From an uncultured Aliarcobacter sp. (GTDB lineage: Bacteria; Campylobacterota; Campylobacteria; Campylobacterales; Arcobacteraceae): a stretch of 64,000 nt of DNA. The position numbers and the translations under genes are program-made. This document shows positions 59,141-64,000 of this stretch, piece by piece. The stretch covers positions 736,001-800,000 of the forward strand of contig CAXXLV010000001.1 in the NCBI GenBank assembly GCA_963664305.2, read 5' to 3'. Position 1 is the first letter of the stretch, and each line of letters opens with the position of its first letter. Below the pieces are notes generated by a model. That model worked only from the letters and a program-made list of their open reading frames with translations. It did not search any database and was not told where the DNA came from.

Positions 59141-59144
59141 AACT

Positions 59145-60041
59145 CTAATTCTTCAATAAATCTTTTAGACTATCTTTTGGGTTTTTCCCATCTAATATTA
59201 GTTTTACTTCGTTTGCAATTGGAGTGTAAATAGAGTATTTTTTTGATAAATTGTGAATTGCATCTGCTGTTTTAACACCTTCAGCAACTTCTCCTAACTC
59301 TTTTAAAATATCTTCTAATTTTTTATTTTGAGATAATCCAAGTCCAACTCTAAAGTTTCTACTCATAGTAGAATTTGCAGTAAGAAATAAATCTCCAGCT
59401 CCACTTAATCCTAAAAATGAAGATTTTTTTGCACCAAAATGTTTTCCAAATCTTTGCATTTCTACAAGTCCTCTGGCAATTAGTGAAGCTTGAGCGTTTT
59501 TCCCAAGTTGTAAACCTTCACAAATTCCACTAGCAATTGCTAAAACATTTTTATAAGCTCCAGCTATTTCAGCACCAATTACATCTTCACTATAGTAAGT
59601 TTTTATGAAGTTTGGAAAAAATGGGTGAAAAGATTTAAATATCTTTTTAGAAGTTGAATTTATAACTAAAGCACAAGGAAGTCCTTTTATAACTTCAGCT
59701 GCAAATGAAGGACCAGAAATAAATCCTATATTTTCATCAGGAACAAAATTTGAATAAATTTCATTTAGAAATTCACCTGTTGTTGCTTCAATTCCTTTTG
59801 AGGCAACAAGTATCTTTTGTCCTTTAAAAACAAAGTTTTCTTTTAGCCAAACTCTTATCTCTTGTGCAGGAATAGCTATAACTAAATATTCGCAATCCAT
59901 TGCAGTTTCTAAATCAACAAAATTTTCTATCTCTCTTTTTGTTCTTGAAGTGATATAACATTTTTGTTTTTGACTTAGTGCAAAATGAAGAGCTTGTCCC
60001 CATTTACCTGCACCAATTACTGCAATAGACCCTTGATTCAT
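59145..60041 (-). CDS. gpsA: NAD(P)H-dependent glycerol-3-phosphate dehydrogenase
   Basis: GAGKWG, SKGIE, SGPSFA, GDLFLT..SRN. Confidence 0.95.
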   Translation of the reverse strand: MNQGSIAVIGAGKWGQALHFALSQKQKCYITSRTKREIENFVDLETAMDCEYLVIAIPAQEIRVWLKENFVFKGQKILVASKGIEATTGEFLNEIYSNFVPDENIGFISGPSFAAEVIKGLPCALVINSTSKKIFKSFHPFFPNFIKTYYSEDVIGAEIAGAYKNVLAIASGICEGLQLGKNAQASLIARGLVEMQRFGKHFGAKKSSFLGLSGAGDLFLTANSTMSRNFRVGLGLSQNKKLEDILKELGEVAEGVKTADAIHNLSKKYSIYTPIANEVKLILDGKNPKDSLKDLLKN

Positions 60042-61474
60042 TAAGCTAATCTTTCTTTTAATAAATCATTGATTTTATTTGGATTTGCACTTCCTTTACT
60101 AGCTTTCATAGCTTGTCCAACGAAGAATCCAAACATTTTTTCTTTACCAGCTTTATATTCAGCTACTTTATCTTGATTTGCATTTAAAATTTCATCAATA
60201 ATAGCTAATAAAGCTCCATCATCACTTACTTGTTTAAGTCCAAGTTTTTCAATAACAGAATCAACATCACTATCATTTTCCATTAAATAATCAAGAACTT
60301 CTTTAGCAGCTTTTCCAGAGATTGTATTATCTTCAATTCTTTTTACTAAAGTTGCTAAAGTTTTTGATGTAATTGGAGATTGTTCAATAGTAACACCCTC
60401 TTTTAATCTTCCTTGTAATTCAACAGTTAGCCAAGTAGTTGCATTTTTAGCACTAATTCCTTCTTTCATCATTTCATCAAAGAAGTTTGCCATTTCAAGT
60501 GAAGATGTGATAACAGAAGCATCGTATTCTTTTAATCCATACTCTTTTACAAATCTCTCTTTTTTCTCATCAGGAAGTTCAGGGATTTTTGAATACTCAG
60601 CTACCATTTCATTTGTAATAATTAAAGGTAAAAGGTCTGGATCTGGAAAATATCTATAATCAGCAGCATCTTCTTTTCCTCTCATACTTCTTGTTTCACC
60701 AGTTGATGGGTCAAAAAGTCTAGTTTCTTGAACGATTTCAGTTGAGTGAATTCCATCTTCCCAAGCTTCAATATGTCTATTTACTTCATAATGAATCGCT
60801 TTTTCAATGAATCTAAAAGAGTTCATATTTTTGATTTCACATCTTGTATAGAATTTTGTGTCGCCTTTTGGTCTAATAGAAACGTTTACGTCACATCTAA
60901 AGCTTCCTTCTTGCATATTAGCATCAGAAATTCCAAGATATCTAACAATTGAATGAAGTTTTTTAAGATATAAAATAGCCTCTTCAGCACTTCTCATATC
61001 AGGTTCACTAACGATTTCTAAAAGTGGAGTTCCTGCTCTATTTAAGTCAACATGAGAAACACTTCCAGCATGAATATTTTTTCCTGCATCATTTTCTAAG
61101 TGTGCTCTTGTTACACCAATAGTTTTTTGTCTTCCATCTGGAAAGTCAATAGTTAATTCACCAAGTCCAACAACTGGAACTTCAAATTGAGAAATTTGAT
61201 AACCACTTGGTAAATCTGGATAAAAGTAGTTTTTTCTATTAAAAACTGATTTTTGGTTTATTTGAGCTTTTAGTGCAGTTCCAAGCATAATAGCTTTGTG
61301 AACAGCTTCTTTATTTAAAACAGGAAGTGCTCCAGGTAATCCTAAACAAGTTGGACATACATTTGTATTTGGTTCTTCTCCAAAACTTGTTGCACAAGAA
61401 CAAAACAATTTACTATTTGTATTTAATTGTGCGTGTACTTCTAATCCTATAATTACTTCAAACATACTTGACAT
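60041..61474 (-). CDS. gatB: Asp/Glu-tRNA amidotransferase subunit B
   Basis: [29 protein letters not shown]. Confidence 0.98.
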   Translation of the reverse strand: MSSMFEVIIGLEVHAQLNTNSKLFCSCATSFGEEPNTNVCPTCLGLPGALPVLNKEAVHKAIMLGTALKAQINQKSVFNRKNYFYPDLPSGYQISQFEVPVVGLGELTIDFPDGRQKTIGVTRAHLENDAGKNIHAGSVSHVDLNRAGTPLLEIVSEPDMRSAEEAILYLKKLHSIVRYLGISDANMQEGSFRCDVNVSIRPKGDTKFYTRCEIKNMNSFRFIEKAIHYEVNRHIEAWEDGIHSTEIVQETRLFDPSTGETRSMRGKEDAADYRYFPDPDLLPLIITNEMVAEYSKIPELPDEKKERFVKEYGLKEYDASVITSSLEMANFFDEMMKEGISAKNATTWLTVELQGRLKEGVTIEQSPITSKTLATLVKRIEDNTISGKAAKEVLDYLMENDSDVDSVIEKLGLKQVSDDGALLAIIDEILNANQDKVAEYKAGKEKMFGFFVGQAMKASKGSANPNKINDLLKERLA

Positions 61475-61483
61475 CTATTTCCT

Positions 61484-62308
61484 TTATCTAACTATTTTTA
61501 TATCTGCTGTTAATTTTTGTTTTTCAAAATAATCTTTAAGATATTTTTTCTCTCTTGTACTCATAATATCGTTAAAAATTCTAGCTTTTACACTTTCAAA
61601 TGAAAGAGCTGTTGTTCCATTTTTTCTAACTAAAAAAAGTGAAACAAATTGTTTATTTGCAGTAAATATTGGTGTAAATGAATTTATTTTTGTTTCATTT
61701 AATAAATATTGCATTTGTGGTTGTAAACTTTGTGTTTCTAATGTGATAGGTGCTCTTTCAACATCTGCTGAAACACTTAGTGGGTTTTTTAAAGTTTCTA
61801 ATAAAGCAGCTTTATTTTTTGAACTATATTGAACAACTTCAAAACTTTTTGCTGTTAAAAATTGATTTTGATTTTTTTCATAGTAAAGTTTCATATCTTC
61901 TTCTGTTGCAATTGCAAGTTGACCTTTTACTATTTTTTGAACTAGTTTTTGTCTAATAACTGCATTTTTTGCTTCATTTTCAAAAACTGTATAATCTGGA
62001 TATTTTTGTTTAACTATTGATTTAAAAGTATAAATGTCCATACCATTAGCTTTTGCAAGTTTTTCAATATAATCATTTACATCAAAAACATCTGCTGTTA
62101 TATTGTTTTCTTGAACAACTTGGTCATATAAAATTTTATCTATTAAATAGCTTACTGCTTCATTTTTGCTTACTTTGTTTACTGCCATTGTTCTATCAAT
62201 GTCATAAAGTGTGATTGGCTCGTCATTTACTGTTAATGCAATACCATTTACCATTGCTGCATAAGTAAGACTTGAACCTACAATTAGAGATAAGAAAAGT
62301 TTGTACAT
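61484..62308 (-). CDS. SurA-like periplasmic chaperone
   Basis: Signal peptide; IALTVNDEPITLYDI; C-terminal ADIKIVR. Confidence 0.75.
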   Translation of the reverse strand: MYKLFLSLIVGSSLTYAAMVNGIALTVNDEPITLYDIDRTMAVNKVSKNEAVSYLIDKILYDQVVQENNITADVFDVNDYIEKLAKANGMDIYTFKSIVKQKYPDYTVFENEAKNAVIRQKLVQKIVKGQLAIATEEDMKLYYEKNQNQFLTAKSFEVVQYSSKNKAALLETLKNPLSVSADVERAPITLETQSLQPQMQYLLNETKINSFTPIFTANKQFVSLFLVRKNGTTALSFESVKARIFNDIMSTREKKYLKDYFEKQKLTADIKIVR

Positions 62309-62383
62309 GATTATTCCTTCTTTCGTAAAGCAGATATTCTACCAAAAAAATGGTAAATATCTGTTTTTGTATAAGGAATATTA

Positions 62384-64000
62384 TTAATTTTTAGCTTTTG
62401 TTACTTTATTTATTAGATAAAAAATTGAGTTGTAATCAAGCCCAGATTTATCACTTAATCCAATTTCACAAGTTTTAGAAGTTGAAAATGCCATTTTAGC
62501 ACCGTTTGTTTGCTCTTTTAAATATCTAAGTGCAGAATCATTTAGTTCAGGGAAATTAAATCCTCTATCTCCTGCAAATCCACAACATTTTACATCTGCT
62601 GGAATTATTACATTTGTTGAACATAAAAGTGCTAATTTTTTAAATTTATCTTCAAGTCCCATTTTTCTTGAACTACAAGTTGTGTGAATAGTTATTGGTT
62701 CATCTATTGGAGTAAATTCTAAATCTTTTGTTAAAAAAGTTAATGCAAACTCTATTGGTTCATAAATAGATAATTTATGTGAAAAACTTTCCATCATTTT
62801 TTTAGTACAAGGACTTGTATCACATAAAATTGGATACTCTCCAAATTCACTAGCTTCTAGTAAAGCATTTTCTAATTCAGATGATTTTGTACTAGCTGCT
62901 TCATTGAATCCTTTTGAACTAAATGGCATACCACAACATAAATTTGGTAAATTATTTGGGAAGATGATTTGATTACCAGCTTTTTGTAATAGTTCAACTG
63001 TAACATCAAATAGTTCTTTTTCTTCTTTTGAAACATCATTTAATCCCATTGTTCTACTAATACATGAAGGGAAATATACTACTTTTTTATCTTTTACTTG
63101 TTGTTCAAAGTTTAAGTTTATATTTGTACCTTTTGGCATTGTAATTGACCATTTTGGAAGAGAATTTCTACTTAAATCTCTCATAGTTTTGGTGAATGTT
63201 TCCATACTTGGTGTTCCTAAAACTTTATGCATAAAGTTTGCACTATGAAGACCAAATCTAATACCTTTTAATGTTCCACTAAAATTATTTGCAACAAAAT
63301 TTGCAATTGATTTTGCCCCAGGAGTTAGTTGTTCAGCTCTTAAATGTTTAGTTAAACTTCCTGTGTCAATTTTAACAGGACATGCCGTTGAACATAAACT
63401 ACATGTTGCACATGTTTCTATTCCATCATATTGATAAAGTTTTTTGTACTCTTTGGCCTCTTTATGATTTCCAATACTTTCAAGTCTTGAAATCTCTCTA
63501 TTTATTACAATTCTTTGTCTTGGCGTTAATGTTAATTCATTTGATGGACAAGTTGGTTCACAGAAACCACACTCAATACATTTATCAACAATTTCGTTTG
63601 TTGCTGGAAGTGTTTTTAGATTTTTTAAGTGAGCTTCTTTATCATCATTTATTATAACACCTGGGTTTAATAAACCTTTTGGGTCAAATAATGATTTTAT
63701 TTTTTTCATCATAATATAAGCATCATGTCCCCACTCTACTTCAATAAATGCAGCCATGTTTCTTCCCGTTCCATGTTCTGCTTTTAAGCTTCCTTGGTAT
63801 TTAACAGCAACTGAATTAACTACTTCATTCATTAAATCATCATATCTTTTCACTTCTTTAGCATCAGAGAAATCTTGTGTAAATACAAAGTGGAAGTTTC
63901 CTTCTAAAGCATGACCAAAAATTAAAGCTTCACTATAACCATATTTTTGGAATAGTCCTTGAAGTTCAAGTGTAGCTTCTGCTAAAACTTCAATTGGATA
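62384..64000 (-). CDS. FAD/Fe-S D-lactate dehydrogenase (Dld-II type), 5' part outside window
   Basis: FGHALEGNFHF, KAEHGTGR, CIECGFCE, CCG domains. Confidence 0.9.
   Translation of the reverse strand, partial: YPIEVLAEATLELQGLFQKYGYSEALIFGHALEGNFHFVFTQDFSDAKEVKRYDDLMNEVVNSVAVKYQGSLKAEHGTGRNMAAFIEVEWGHDAYIMMKKIKSLFDPKGLLNPGVIINDDKEAHLKNLKTLPATNEIVDKCIECGFCEPTCPSNELTLTPRQRIVINREISRLESIGNHKEAKEYKKLYQYDGIETCATCSLCSTACPVKIDTGSLTKHLRAEQLTPGAKSIANFVANNFSGTLKGIRFGLHSANFMHKVLGTPSMETFTKTMRDLSRNSLPKWSITMPKGTNINLNFEQQVKDKKVVYFPSCISRTMGLNDVSKEEKELFDVTVELLQKAGNQIIFPNNLPNLCCGMPFSSKGFNEAASTKSSELENALLEASEFGEYPILCDTSPCTKKMMESFSHKLSIYEPIEFALTFLTKDLEFTPIDEPITIHTTCSSRKMGLEDKFKKLALLCSTNVIIPADVKCCGFAGDRGFNFPELNDSALRYLKEQTNGAKMAFSTSKTCEIGLSDKSGLDYNSIFYLINKVTKAKN

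Overview
Very AT-rich Campylobacterota DNA, most consistent with Arcobacteraceae (inferred from the RpoN-box variant VRRTITKYR, GGAA-type -24 elements and purB-nrdA-nrdB order). Bases ~1-39,080 hold a large Mo-nitrogenase region: modE-modA-TOBE-modBCD plus mop, nifH-orf-nifDK, nifX-DUF269-flavodoxin-nifW-nifZ-two ferredoxin-fold genes-rpoN, nifE, nifN, nifB, nifV and nifQ. It is interrupted by non-nif islets, including eutBC-eat inserted between nifE and nifN. I read nine sigma54 (-24/-12) promoters directly from the sequence, and rpoN lies at the end of one of those operons. The most unusual content is a set of co-transcribed accessory genes that look like repurposed folds: a FeSII (Shethna II)-like protein missing three of four Fe-S cysteines, two thiol-peroxidase-like paralogues without the peroxidatic Cys, a GNAT-like protein without the acetyl-CoA loop, a HicB-Sel1-Nfu fusion, LRR and ankyrin proteins, and an unknown gene between nifH and nifD. 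Together they may be an undescribed lineage-specific nitrogenase protection/regulation system; that is inference. Bases ~39,085-64,000 are mostly housekeeping (purB, nrdAB, hcp, gpsA, gatB, D-lactate dehydrogenase) with an ERIC-like element. All family assignments come from motif recognition and remembered sequences; no searches were run.
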